A DNA stretch of 64,000 nucleotides from Thermoplasmata archaeon (GCA_035502455.1 DATJUI010000015.1:50249-114248), one strand, 5' to 3'; shown: positions 35,332-44,632, counted from the first letter of the stretch. Program-made: numbers and translations. Notes: generated by a model from the letters alone, not told the origin.

Positions 35332-35777
35332 GGGGTGCGGATCGCCTGCTTCTCCTTGCGCACCACGCGCACGGGCCCGAGGGCGGTGTGCGGGTAGAGC
35401 CCCCGCGCATCCTTCTCGAGGTACTTGACCATGTCCCATACGGTGAGCAGCGCGACGGTGGCGCCGACGAGCGCCTCCATCTCGACGCCGGTCGGGCCGA
35501 TCGACTCCGCCTCCACGCGGACGCGCACCCCGCGACGCGAGGGGCCGATCGTCACGGCGCTCGACGTGAGCGGGACGATGTGGCAGTGCGGGACCAGCTC
35601 CGCCGTGCGCTTCATCGCGAGCAGTCCGGCGACCTCGCCGGTCGCGATCGGGTCGCCCTTCGCCACCCGGCGCTGTGCGATCGCGCGGCGGGTGGCGGCC
35701 CCGAGGGCGAGCTCGCCGTCGACGACCGCCGTGCGGTGGACCGGGGGCTTCGCCCCGACGTCGCGCTGCCGGGCCAT
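35328..35777 (-). CDS. moaC: Cyclic pyranopterin monophosphate synthase accessory protein MoaC
   Basis: The C-terminal 149 aa of ORF 35328..37340 (KGDPIATGEVAGLLAMKRTAELVPHCHIVPL...) match MoaC; 4-nt overlap with moaB. Confidence 0.85.
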   Translation of the reverse strand: MARQRDVGAKPPVHRTAVVDGELALGAATRRAIAQRRVAKGDPIATGEVAGLLAMKRTAELVPHCHIVPLTSSAVTIGPSRRGVRVRVEAESIGPTGVEMEALVGATVALLTVWDMVKYLEKDARGLYPHTALGPVRVVRKEKQAIRTP

Positions 35778-35782
35778 CCGGG

Positions 35783-36769
35783 TCAGCTCCCGGCCGCCGG
35801 CGCGCCGGCGGCGAGATGGGCGAGCACCGCCTCGAGCTGGACCCGCTCCGAGGCGCCCTGCGCGAGCCGGAAGTCGACCTCGCCGAGGTACTCGACGAGG
35901 CGGATCTTGTCGCGCTCGGGGAGGAGCTCCGGGCTCAGGTCGGGGAGATACCCGTGGATGGCGTGCAGGATCTCCTCGCCGCTCGCCCCCCGGTCCGTGA
36001 GGAGCGCGTAGAGACGCTCGCGCGCCTCGCCGAAGCGGCCCGAGAGGGCGGCCCCGAGCATCGCCTCGACCTCGCGGCGCAGCGGGACCGTGGCGTACTC
36101 CTTCACCGTCTCGGGGGTGACGGTGTCCGAGTGGGTCGCGGTGAGCTGGAGCAGGTTCACCGCCCGTCGCATGTCGCCCGCCCCGGCCGTGACGAGCGTC
36201 GCGAGGGCGTCCGGCGTGATCCGCTTGCCCTCCGCCTTCGCGATCCGCTCGAGCTGCGTGCGGATCGCCTCGGGCGAGTAGCCGCGGAAGCGGAAGACCG
36301 CGCACCGCGACTGGATCGGGTCGATGATCCGGGACGAGTAGTTGCACGAGAGGATGAACCGGCACGAACCGGAATACCGCTCCATCAGGCGGCGGAGGGC
36401 GGCCTGCGCGTCCGAGGTGAGGTTGTCGGCCTCGTCCAAAAAGAGGATCTTGAACCCGACCTCCCCGATCGGGGCGGTCCGGGCGTACTCCTTGATCGTC
36501 GTCCGGACCGTGTCGATCCCGCGGGTGTCCGAGCTGTTGAGCTCGAGGAAGTTCTGCCGCCACTCGGCGCCGTAGAGGTCGTGCGCGAGCGCGAGCGCCG
36601 CGGTCGTCTTGCCGGCGCCGGGCGGTCCCGCGAACAGGAGATGGGGCATCGAGCGCTTCGCGGCGTACGCCCGGAGGAACGGGACGATCGACTCCTGGCC
36701 GACCATCTCCGCGAGCGACGTCGGCCGGTACTTCTCGACCCAGACGGCCTCGGTCGCGCGGTCCGGCAT
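35783..36769 (-). CDS. rfcS: Replication factor C small subunit (no intein)
   Basis: VEKYRP (RFC box II), Walker A GPPGAGKTT, DEAD-like FLDEADNL, SRC motif (IQSRCAVFRF); 328 aa from the ATG at 36767-36769. Confidence 0.9.
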   Translation of the reverse strand: MPDRATEAVWVEKYRPTSLAEMVGQESIVPFLRAYAAKRSMPHLLFAGPPGAGKTTAALALAHDLYGAEWRQNFLELNSSDTRGIDTVRTTIKEYARTAPIGEVGFKILFLDEADNLTSDAQAALRRLMERYSGSCRFILSCNYSSRIIDPIQSRCAVFRFRGYSPEAIRTQLERIAKAEGKRITPDALATLVTAGAGDMRRAVNLLQLTATHSDTVTPETVKEYATVPLRREVEAMLGAALSGRFGEARERLYALLTDRGASGEEILHAIHGYLPDLSPELLPERDKIRLVEYLGEVDFRLAQGASERVQLEAVLAHLAAGAPAAGS

Positions 36770-36807
36770 GAGCTCCGCGGCCGGTCTCCCGACCCGGGTA
36801 CTTAGGT

Positions 36808-37239
36808 TTAGCGCGGCGGGGGCGCCCCGCCCGCGGCGAACCGGCGCTCGTCCCGGCGGTGCCGACGGACCGCCTCCGCGAGGATCCGGCCGTACTGGCC
36901 GAGCGCCTGTCGATGCCCGCCGTGGTCCTCGGCGTCGACGACCGCGAAGAGCCCGCCGAGCTGATCGATCGAACCGAGGAACCAGGCGTGGTCCGAGCGC
37001 AGCCGCGCGGCGAGCTCCCGCTGCGCTCGCGGGGCCGACGGGCCGGGGTCCGGCACCTCCGTTTGCATGTGAGCGGCGAGGATCGACCGCGCGGCCCCCA
37101 CGGCGGCGCGAAGATCGTCGAGCGCGTACGCTTCCAGCAGGACCAGCCGAAGGCTCCAGGACTCGAGCCAGTCGACCGCCTCGTCGAACCCCGGGGGCGG
37201 GGGAGGGAGCGGCGGCGCCGCGTGCGCCGAGTCGTCCAC
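36808..37239 (-). CDS. Hypothetical protein, weakly hemerythrin/HHE-like
   Basis: 143-aa ORF filling the gap upstream of rfcS; the His/Glu/Asp spacing (H...E...DH...H) is suggestive only. Confidence 0.3.
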   Translation of the reverse strand: MDDSAHAAPPLPPPPPGFDEAVDWLESWSLRLVLLEAYALDDLRAAVGAARSILAAHMQTEVPDPGPSAPRAQRELAARLRSDHAWFLGSIDQLGGLFAVVDAEDHGGHRQALGQYGRILAEAVRRHRRDERRFAAGGAPPPR

Positions 37240-37541
37240 GCCCCCGGCCGGCGGCGCGAGGGGGTAACGGTTGCGCCGCCGTGCGCTCGCTCACCGGAAG
37301 TGAGCTTCGCGGGTGGTGTCTCGGGGTGCGTCCGGGGCATCCCCCACCAAGCGATCTCCCGATCGATGAACGCCCTCGTCCCCCGACCGCTGACCGAGCT
37401 GCCCGCGCTGACCCGAACGAACTTCGCCCGCTCGCCCGTCGAGAGCGGACGCCCGGCCCTTCTCCCGCGCGCCGGCGCGCGGGCGCCGCGCGCGGCGGAC
37501 CGGCGGACCCGCCGGCTCTGGAGCGAGTTCCTGGCACCGCT

Positions 37542-38567
37542 CTAGGGCGGGCCGCCCTCGCCGGCCGCCCCGCCGCCGGGGGGCCCGGGCGCGACGGCGG
37601 GGCGTCCGGCCCCGAGCGCGAGTCGTCGTCCGAGCCGGTACTGGAGATAGGCCATCACCGCCGCGACGAGCAGGACGCCCGGAACCGAGAGCTCGATCAC
37701 GCCGTCCCAGACGAACAGGACGAGCAGCATCCCGGTCGCGAAGTAGTACTCGGAACGGACGAGGTCGTCCTGGCCGGCCCGCGTCACCACGAGCGCGATC
37801 GCCACGAGGTCCGCGACGGCGAAGAGCACCGCCGGGACGGCGGCCGGCACCTGCGCGATCCCGGCGAACAGCAGGACGAGCACCCACGCGTCGAACGAGA
37901 GGGTGCCCACGAGCACCCACCCGAGCGGCCGGAGGCGCGACGGCCCGGGGCGGGCCGAGAGGAGGTGGGCGGGCGCGCGGAACGCGAGGACGATCAGGAG
38001 CGCGACGACCGCCAGGAAGAACCCGAACTCGGCCGGAGTGGGGCCGTGGCCGACGAGGAGCGCGAAGGCGAACACCACGAGGAGGTAGATCGCCGCCGTG
38101 AGGCCGACCGCGCCGCGGTCGAGCCAGCGGCGGCCCTTCGCCTCGGGGAACCAGAGGCCGGTGAGGAGGATCGGGAGCGCGATCGAGTACGTCGCGTGAA
38201 AGACGGTGAGGCCGAGCGCCCAGAGCCAGTTGACCCCGAACGCGTGCCCGTAGCTGCCGAGGGCACCGACCGGCGACCCGCCCGGCTGGAAGAACGTGTG
38301 GACGGCGAACCCCTCCTCCGCGATCCCGTACGCCGCCCCGAGGAGCAGCGTGGACGCCCATCCCTTGCGGTAGTAGACGACGAACTCCCGGATGAGGAGC
38401 GCGCCGGTCCCGTAGAGCCCGATGTCGATGCCGAACGAGACGAGGAACTGGACCGGGTCGACGAACAGCGTCGTGATCGGGGTCGAACCCGTGAGGAGCT
38501 CGGGGATCGTCGGCGCGAACAGGAGGAGCGCGAGGACCGGGAGACGCGGCCTCAGCAGGATGCGCAC
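37542..38567 (-). CDS. Polytopic integral membrane protein (8-9 TM), unknown function
   Basis: Strongly hydrophobic 341 aa with regular TM periodicity and conserved-looking Trp/Tyr/His residues. Confidence 0.6.
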   Translation of the reverse strand: MRILLRPRLPVLALLLFAPTIPELLTGSTPITTLFVDPVQFLVSFGIDIGLYGTGALLIREFVVYYRKGWASTLLLGAAYGIAEEGFAVHTFFQPGGSPVGALGSYGHAFGVNWLWALGLTVFHATYSIALPILLTGLWFPEAKGRRWLDRGAVGLTAAIYLLVVFAFALLVGHGPTPAEFGFFLAVVALLIVLAFRAPAHLLSARPGPSRLRPLGWVLVGTLSFDAWVLVLLFAGIAQVPAAVPAVLFAVADLVAIALVVTRAGQDDLVRSEYYFATGMLLVLFVWDGVIELSVPGVLLVAAVMAYLQYRLGRRLALGAGRPAVAPGPPGGGAAGEGGPP

Positions 38568-38661
38568 GCCCTCACCGGGGCCCGAGGGATAGAAGAACTA
38601 TCCGTACGGAACGCGACCCGTCCGACCTTAAGAACCCGGTCGGGCTCGTCGCGGGAGCCCC

Positions 38662-39456
38662 ATGCGCGAGCGTCTCGCCCAGGTCACGTTCCGCGGCACG
38701 ATCCGGGAGCGGTCGGTCGATCCGTTCGTCCGGCTGCTGAAGGGCCTTCGGACCCGGAGCCGGGTGAAGGGCGTTCTCCTCGACATCTCGAGCGGGGGCG
38801 GCGAGTCGGTGGCGTCGGAGGACCTGTACCTCGCCGTGAAGCGCCTCGACCAGGTGAAGCCGGTCTACGCGTCGATCGGCTCGATCGGGGCCTCGGGCGC
38901 CTACCTCGCGGCGCTGGGCGCGCGCCGGATCTTCGCCTATCCGGACTCGACGGTCGGCTCGATCGGGATCATCTACCCGCACCTCGCGGTGCGCGACCTC
39001 CTGCGCCGGCTCGGCATCGAGGTCGATCTCCTCCACAAGGGGGAGCACAAGGACGCCTTCCAGGGGCTCCGCCCGCTCACCGACGTCGAGCGCGCGAAGA
39101 TGCTCGAGGTCCTCGAGGAAGGATACCGCGACTTCATCGGCACCGTCGCGCGCGAGCGCAAGCAGTCCGACGACGCCGTCCGGGCGCTCGCGACGGGCGA
39201 GGTCTGGACCGGGGCCCAGGCGGTGCGGTTGGGCCTCGTCGACGCGCTGGCGGACCGCGAGTTGGCGCTCGAGGAGCTCGCGCGCTTCACCGGGGTGCCG
39301 GTGCGCAAGACGGTCCGCCTCAGCCCGCCGCGCCCGTTCCTCGACCGTCTACTGTCGGGCGGGTCCGCGTCCGCGGGGGGCGGACTCTCGGCGCGGTTCC
39401 ACGACGCGCTCGAGGACGTCCTCGTCGACTGGGGCGGCGGGGGCTTCCGCCGGTAG
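38662..39456 (+). CDS. sppA: Signal peptide peptidase SppA (S49 family)
   Basis: GVLLDISSGGGESVASE and GSIGASGAYLAALGA (catalytic Ser region), plus the HKGEHKDAF region. Confidence 0.8.
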   Translation: MRERLAQVTFRGTIRERSVDPFVRLLKGLRTRSRVKGVLLDISSGGGESVASEDLYLAVKRLDQVKPVYASIGSIGASGAYLAALGARRIFAYPDSTVGSIGIIYPHLAVRDLLRRLGIEVDLLHKGEHKDAFQGLRPLTDVERAKMLEVLEEGYRDFIGTVARERKQSDDAVRALATGEVWTGAQAVRLGLVDALADRELALEELARFTGVPVRKTVRLSPPRPFLDRLLSGGSASAGGGLSARFHDALEDVLVDWGGGGFRR

Positions 39457-39473
39457 CTCGGGCGCCGGCGGCC

Positions 39474-39482
39474 GTTAAATAG
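39474..39482 (+). promoter_or_regulatory. TATA box (GTTAAATAG) upstream of the Sec61-beta gene
   Basis: 25-33 nt upstream of the ATG at 39507. Confidence 0.4.
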
Positions 39483-39506
39483 CGCGACCGCGCTGGGACC
39501 GATGCG

Positions 39507-39668
39507 ATGCCGGACAACCGTCGGAGCGGCTTCTCGAGCGCCGCCGGGCTCATCCAATACTACGACATGGAGGAGTCGAAGGCGCTCAAGATCTCTCCCT
39601 ACCTCGTCTTCGGGATGGGGATCGGCGCCGCCTTCGTCGTCTCGATCCTGAGCTGGCGCGTGGTCTAG
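39507..39668 (+). CDS. secG: Preprotein translocase subunit Sec61-beta (archaeal SecG)
   Basis: 53-aa ORF not in the supplied track: MPDNRRSGFSSAAGLIQYYDMEE..KISPYLVFGMGIGAAFVVSILSW has the SSAGLIRY[YF]DEE signature and a single C-terminal TM. Confidence 0.8.
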   Translation: MPDNRRSGFSSAAGLIQYYDMEESKALKISPYLVFGMGIGAAFVVSILSWRVV

Positions 39669-40639
39669 GCGACCGCCATCGGGAGCGCGGCCCCGGTCGG
39701 GGTGCGACCGGGCAGGTACCGTCCCGCCTCCGTCCGTCCGAGCAGGTAGACCTTCGATTCGGGCGACTCGTCGAGCACGAGATAGCCCGTGCGCGCCGCC
39801 AGCCGGCGGGCGAACGCACCGATCTCCTCGTGCGACGGCACGTGGTCCCGCCCCAGCCGCTGGCGCGACTTGCCCATGTAGACGTACCCCTTCGGTTCGA
39901 TGAAGTCGGGGCGGGCGAGCGCGTCGAGCTCGGCGTACGCCGCGACCCATCCCAGGTTCCATCCCTTCACGAGGGTGTGGCGCACGACCCGACGGGTGGG
40001 GAGGTCGCGGACGATCGCGAGCGACTCGCGGAGGCGCTCGAACGCGTCGTCGTGCGCGGGCAGGGTGAGCCGGCGGAACACCTCGGCGTTCGGGGCCGTC
40101 ACCGAGACGTAGAGCTGCGTCGGCAGCGGGTCGAGCGCCCGCAGCGCGTCCGGGTTCGTCCCGTTCGTGACGAGGAAGGTCGTGATCCCGCGCGCGTGGC
40201 AGAGCTCGAGGAACCGGTTCATCTTCGGGTAGAGCGTCGGTTCGCCCGTCAGCGAGATCGCGATGTGGCGGGGCGTCTGGGAGTCGTCCCAGCGCGCGAC
40301 GTCGACCGTCGGATCGCCCTTGAACCCGGAGAGGATCCGCCGCTGCGCGTCGATCGAGCGGTCGAGCAGCGTCTCGGGGTCGTCGAACTCCGGCATGACC
40401 GCGTCGTTCTCCCAGCCCTGGTTCCGCCAGCAGAACCGGCAGTGGAGGTTGCACGAGTCGATCGCCGGCGACATCTGAAGGCAGCGGTGGCTCTCGATGC
40501 CGTAGAAGCGCCCCTTGTAGCAGTCGCGGCCGCGGGTCAGCGACTCGCGGGTCCAGTAGCAGAGCTTGACCGCGCTATGCCGGCCGACGAGCTGGTAGCC
40601 CTGACCGGCGAGCTCGTTCGAGAGGTCCTGGTCGCCCAT
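39665..40639 (-). CDS. taw1: tRNA 4-demethylwyosine synthase Taw1/TYW1 (radical SAM)
   Basis: The C-terminal 324 aa of ORF 39665..41395: HSAVKLCYWTRESL, CYKGRFYGIESHRCLQM, radical-SAM CNLHCRFCW (CxxxCxxC). Confidence 0.85.
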   Translation of the reverse strand: MGDQDLSNELAGQGYQLVGRHSAVKLCYWTRESLTRGRDCYKGRFYGIESHRCLQMSPAIDSCNLHCRFCWRNQGWENDAVMPEFDDPETLLDRSIDAQRRILSGFKGDPTVDVARWDDSQTPRHIAISLTGEPTLYPKMNRFLELCHARGITTFLVTNGTNPDALRALDPLPTQLYVSVTAPNAEVFRRLTLPAHDDAFERLRESLAIVRDLPTRRVVRHTLVKGWNLGWVAAYAELDALARPDFIEPKGYVYMGKSRQRLGRDHVPSHEEIGAFARRLAARTGYLVLDESPESKVYLLGRTEAGRYLPGRTPTGAALPMAVA

Positions 40640-40698
40640 CGGACCCGCGGTCGACGGGCCGCACCGCCATAAGCCTTTTCCGACGGCGTCGTCCCGGC

Positions 40699-41562
40699 CT
40701 ACGTGAACTGCTCGCGGTCGAACAGCCAGAGGCCCCCGAGCGTCGTGCCGACGAAGTAGCCGAGCATCACGGAGATCCCCTGGAGGTACGTCGGGACGAG
40801 GATGATCGATCGGGCGGCGATGCCGGCGCCGACGGGAAGCCCGGTGATGGGGTACGAGAGGGTCGCGGACGCCCAGGTGATGACGAACCAGGGGGTGATC
40901 CCGACCAGACCCTCGACGAGGCCCTCGACCACCGAGAACCCGAACAGGAACATGATCGCGACGAGGATCACGCCGTACATGCTCGTCTTGAACAGCGAGC
41001 TGAACAGAAACGTCGTGCCCAGCACCGCGGCGAGGTACAGGGCCGTGATCGCCACGGACTCGAACACGCCCGCGGAGAGCGAGTTGCCCCCCACGAAGTA
41101 GAGGCCCGCCAGCACGACCACGACGAAGTAGGCGAGGATCGTCACCAGCGACGCGCCGAACGCCGCGAGGTACTTCCCGGCGTAGACGGTCCAGCGCTTG
41201 ATCGGGAGCCCCATGAGGAAGTAGCCGGTCCGGTTCTGGAACTCCCCCGCGATCGCGTCGCCGCCGAAGATGATCGCCGCGAAGATGATCAGGATCTCCG
41301 CGCCGCCGATCCAGAGGCTGCCGTAGAACGCCGCGCCCGTCCCGATCAGTCCGGCCGGCCGATAGTAGCCGACCAGCGAGAGCAGGATGACGCACACGGC
41401 GGCCACGATGCTCATCATCAGGATGAACCGGTTCGATCGGAGGTAATCGCGGAACTGGTACCGCGACAGGAGCAACGACTGCGCGACGCTGCCGGGCACC
41501 CGACTTCCGTCCGGCACCGCGCCCGCCGCGGCCGACGGCGCGCTCGCCACGGCGGCGCTCAC
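40699..41562 (-). CDS. ABC-2 type transporter permease
   Basis: Hydrophobic 287-aa protein; GTG start whose codon overlaps the TGA of the upstream ATPase gene. Confidence 0.7.
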   Translation of the reverse strand: MSAAVASAPSAAAGAVPDGSRVPGSVAQSLLLSRYQFRDYLRSNRFILMMSIVAAVCVILLSLVGYYRPAGLIGTGAAFYGSLWIGGAEILIIFAAIIFGGDAIAGEFQNRTGYFLMGLPIKRWTVYAGKYLAAFGASLVTILAYFVVVVLAGLYFVGGNSLSAGVFESVAITALYLAAVLGTTFLFSSLFKTSMYGVILVAIMFLFGFSVVEGLVEGLVGITPWFVITWASATLSYPITGLPVGAGIAARSIILVPTYLQGISVMLGYFVGTTLGGLWLFDREQFT

Positions 41563-42503
41563 GCGTCCCCCTGGGAGATCTCGCGCAGATAGACCTCCTC
41601 GAGCGCGCTCCGCGATTCGCGGAAGCTCAACAGGCCCAAGTGCCGGGACGCGACGCTCTCGAGCAGTTGCACCTGCTCGGTCGGGCCCCCCTTGACAGCG
41701 AGCTGGAGGCGGTTCGGGCCGAGCCGGGTGCAGCCCGACACCCCGGGGAGCGTCGCGATGGGGCCGACCGCGGCGTCGTCGAGCGGGGCGGCGAACTCCA
41801 CCTCGACCGTCCGCGTCCCGCTGCCGAGCCGGCGCTCGACGTTCTCCAACCGATCGTAGAACAGGAGCTTCCCGCGGTCGAGCAGGGCGACCTCGTCGCA
41901 GACGTCGGTGACCTCGCTCAAGATGTGGCTGCTCATGAAGATCAGCCGGTCCTCCTTCTTGAGCGCCCGCACGATCGACCGCACCTCGGCCATCCCGCGC
42001 GGATCGAGGCCCGTGCTCGGCTCGTCCAGGATCACGACCTCGGGGTCCGAGAGGAGCGCCGCGGCGATGTTCACCCGCTGCTTCATCCCCTTCGAGAACC
42101 GCCCGACCTTCTGGTCCGCCCACTCGGTCATCTTGACCTCTTCGAGGACGGTCTTCGTGCGGTCCCGGATCTCGGCCGCGCTGAGCCCGCGGAGCGCCCC
42201 GCTCATCTCGAGCGCCTCGCGGGGCGAGAGGGACGGGTAGATCTCGGGAGTCTCGATGAGGTCCCCGCAGCTCGAGAGCGCGCGCTTGCGGTCGCCCTGG
42301 ACCGAGATCCCGTTGACGAACGCCTCGCCCTCCGTCGGGAAGATCAGGTCGGTGAACATCTTGAGGGTCGTCGTCTTGCCCGCGCCGTTCGGACCGAGGA
42401 AGCCGATGCACTTCGACCCCTCGATCTTGAGATTGAGATGGTCGACCGCGACGAAGCTGTTGAACCGCTTCGTGAGCTGGACCGCTTCGAGACTCGGCGC
42501 CAT
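41559..42503 (-). CDS. ABC transporter ATP-binding protein
   Basis: Walker A GPNGAGKTT, signature FSKGMKQR, Walker B ILDEPSTGLD. Start is the ATG at 42501-42503 inside ORF 41559..42605. Confidence 0.9.
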   Translation of the reverse strand: MAPSLEAVQLTKRFNSFVAVDHLNLKIEGSKCIGFLGPNGAGKTTTLKMFTDLIFPTEGEAFVNGISVQGDRKRALSSCGDLIETPEIYPSLSPREALEMSGALRGLSAAEIRDRTKTVLEEVKMTEWADQKVGRFSKGMKQRVNIAAALLSDPEVVILDEPSTGLDPRGMAEVRSIVRALKKEDRLIFMSSHILSEVTDVCDEVALLDRGKLLFYDRLENVERRLGSGTRTVEVEFAAPLDDAAVGPIATLPGVSGCTRLGPNRLQLAVKGGPTEQVQLLESVASRHLGLLSFRESRSALEEVYLREISQGDA

Positions 42504-42531
42504 ACTGACGTTGCGGGGTCTCGCAAGCCGG

Positions 42532-42539
42532 GTTAAAAG
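42532..42539 (-). promoter_or_regulatory. TATA box (GCTTTTAAC on the minus strand) upstream of the ABC ATPase gene
   Basis: 29-36 nt upstream of the ATG. Confidence 0.35.
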
Positions 42540-42641
42540 CGGAGCGGCCGAGTGCGTCGCCGGCGCACGACCCCGGCGTCTCCCGGCCCGGCCCCGTCCC
42601 GGCACCGAAACCTACTCACGCCGCCGGGAGTTCGCGGTCGC

Positions 42642-42968
42642 GTGGTCGAGGAACTGGAGCCCGAGGAGGTCGTCCGCCGGCTGAAGCAGGATCCGCACGG
42701 CGTGCTGCTGCTCGACGTGCGGGAGCCGTTCGAGCGCGAGCTCGCGGTCATCGAGCCCTCGGTGCACATCCCGATGGGCGAGGTCTCCCAGCGGCTCGAC
42801 GAGCTCCCGCGGGACCGGCCCATCGTGGTCTACTGCCACGGCGGGGGCCGTTCCGCGATGATCGCCGCGTACCTGGAGAGCGAGGGGTACCGATCGGTCG
42901 CGAACCTGAGCGGCGGCATCGACGCCTGGTCGCTCACGGTGGACCCGAAGGTCCCGCGGTACGGCTGA
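42642..42968 (+). CDS. Single-domain rhodanese (sulfurtransferase) protein
   Basis: VYCHGGGRSAMIAAYLESEGY...NLSGGIDAW (active-site Cys loop). The ORF as listed starts at 42552 in Arg/Pro junk; GTG at 42642 is the proposed start. Confidence 0.6.
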   Translation: MVEELEPEEVVRRLKQDPHGVLLLDVREPFERELAVIEPSVHIPMGEVSQRLDELPRDRPIVVYCHGGGRSAMIAAYLESEGYRSVANLSGGIDAWSLTVDPKVPRYG

Positions 42969-42977
42969 GGCGCCCGC

Positions 42978-43310
42978 TCAGCGGCGCCGGACCGGTCCCG
43001 CGGACGGAGGGCGCTCGAGCAGCTCGACGTAGCCGCGCATCTTCCAGTAGGTGTCGAGGAACTCCTGCCCGCGCGGTGTGATGTCGTACGCGGGGCGCCC
43101 GTCCACCTCCTCGGCGCGCAGGAGACCGAGCGCCATCAGCCGCTCCACGAAGGTGCGCAGCCGGTCGACCGGCATCCCCGCGCCGTACGAGACGCGCGTG
43201 ATCCGCGCGGCCCCGTGGTAGCGCTTCACGACCTCGAGGACGGTGGCGTAGAGGTCCGTGGCCTCGCGACGACGCGCCGTGCGGGCGCCGTCGTTCGGCC
43301 CGACCGCCAT
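42978..43310 (-). CDS. Winged-helix DNA-binding protein
   Basis: LYATVLEVVKRYHGAARITRVSYGAGMPVDRLRTFVERLMALGLLRAEEVDGRPAYDITPRGQEFL looks like a wHTH with a beta-hairpin wing. Confidence 0.5.
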   Translation of the reverse strand: MAVGPNDGARTARRREATDLYATVLEVVKRYHGAARITRVSYGAGMPVDRLRTFVERLMALGLLRAEEVDGRPAYDITPRGQEFLDTYWKMRGYVELLERPPSAGPVRRR

Positions 43311-43319
43311 CGTCGCCCC

Positions 43320-44537
43320 TCAGAGCGGAAACGCGGGCAGGCTATCGGCCTTCAGGGGACCCGAGGTGACCGTCGCGCCCTGGCCGACGTCCACCTCCCC
43401 CGTGTACGTGACCTCCCCGACCCGGGCCCGGTCGCGCAGGCGGACGACCCGCGCGAAGATCCGCCGGGCCTCCGCCCGCTCGTGCAGCTCCACCTCGTCG
43501 GCGTAGATGTCCTCGGCCTCGGCGCGGCTGCGCAGGACGACGCTCCGTCCGACGAGCGGGCCGTGCGCCCGCGAGCGGCTGTTGAGCTCGATCCGGTCGG
43601 CCTTGAGCCCGTCGCGGGTGCTGACGGCCCCTCCGATCTCGGCCTCGCCGGCGAAGACCGCCCGCTCCGCCTCGAGCGAGCCGCCGACCGTCGCCGTGCG
43701 GCCGGAGAGCGGGCCGCGCACCTCGATCGATCCGCCGACCTCGAGGTGGTCGGTGAGCTCGAGCGGACCCTGGACCTCGAACCGTCCCCCGATCTCGACC
43801 GACCCTCCCTGGCCCCGCCCTCCGATCGAGCCGATGCCGCCGATCGAGAGCTTTTGGAACGTGAGGTCGGAGCGGGCGGTGAGCATCCCGCCGACGTCGA
43901 TCGACCCGCCCGTCGCGGGGCCCCGGAACTCGACGAAGCCGCCCACATCGAGCGCGCCGAACGTCAGCGCGGACTCCGCGAGGAATTTGCCACCGGCCTC
44001 GATCGAGCGACGGACCGCACCGCCGCCGATCCGGGCGAGGCCCCCGACCTCCAGCGAGTCGAGATCGACCTCCCCGAGCTCGATCGTCCCCCCGGCCTCG
44101 ATCGAGCCGGCGGTGACCTTGCCGGCCGCCGCGAACCGCCCGCCGACCGAGACCGTCTTCGCGTCGAGCGTGGAGCGCGCCTCGAACTGGCCGCCCACCT
44201 CGAACTCCTCGGCGGTGGCCGCACCTCCGATGATCAGCTTGCGGTCGACGTCGACGCGGCCCCCCGAGAGCGCACCGGTCGTCTCGATCCCCCCGTCGTG
44301 GTACTCGAGCCGTCCCGCGACCTTGAGCCCGCCCTCGATGCGGAGCGTGCCATCTTCGCCCTCCAGGCGGGCGCACTCGAGGTCGCCGTGGACTTCGCAG
44401 CTGCCGCGGAAGCGCGCCTCGCCGGCCACCACGATCTTCCCGTCGGCGTCGAGGCGGGCGTTCGGCTCCACGCGGAGGTCCCCCTCGACCGCGCCGAGGC
44501 GGACGTGCGCCCCGCGGGGCACGTGGGTCTCGCTCAT
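43320..44537 (-). CDS. Bactofilin-like polymer-forming beta-helical repeat protein
   Basis: About 15 tandem repeats of ~17-19 aa with the h-x-h-G-G periodicity (KVAGRLE, IIGGAAT, VGGQFEA, VGGRFAA, IEAGGTIE, EVGGLARIGGG, VGGFVEF, VGGMLTA, IGGIGSIGG, EIGGRFEV, VGGSIEV, VGGSLEA, IGGAVST) typical of the bactofilin/CcmA fold. Confidence 0.6.
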   Translation of the reverse strand: MSETHVPRGAHVRLGAVEGDLRVEPNARLDADGKIVVAGEARFRGSCEVHGDLECARLEGEDGTLRIEGGLKVAGRLEYHDGGIETTGALSGGRVDVDRKLIIGGAATAEEFEVGGQFEARSTLDAKTVSVGGRFAAAGKVTAGSIEAGGTIELGEVDLDSLEVGGLARIGGGAVRRSIEAGGKFLAESALTFGALDVGGFVEFRGPATGGSIDVGGMLTARSDLTFQKLSIGGIGSIGGRGQGGSVEIGGRFEVQGPLELTDHLEVGGSIEVRGPLSGRTATVGGSLEAERAVFAGEAEIGGAVSTRDGLKADRIELNSRSRAHGPLVGRSVVLRSRAEAEDIYADEVELHERAEARRIFARVVRLRDRARVGEVTYTGEVDVGQGATVTSGPLKADSLPAFPL

Positions 44538-44560
44538 CGGAACTCCTCAGGGGGACCCCC

Positions 44561-44569
44561 TTCTATAGG
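44561..44569 (-). promoter_or_regulatory. TATA box for the bactofilin-like gene
   Basis: CCTATAGAA (minus sense) 24-32 nt upstream of the ATG at 44537. Confidence 0.4.
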
Positions 44570-44624
44570 AGTGAGTCACGTGGAGTGAGCACCGGCGGCG
44601 CGGAGGCGGCGGGGGGCCCGATCC

Positions 44625-44632
44625 TCTATAGT
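44625..44632 (+). promoter_or_regulatory. TATA box for udg
   Basis: CTCTATAG 20-27 nt upstream of the GTG at 44652. Confidence 0.4.

Noticed and set aside
36609-39482. 957-aa plus ORF covering rfcS upstream region through sppA, and ORF 36859..37545.
   Set aside because: RR/PG/ER-rich junk. sppA (38662..39456) is in a different frame with S49 motifs, and the membrane protein 37542..38567 is on the opposite strand with clear TM periodicity.
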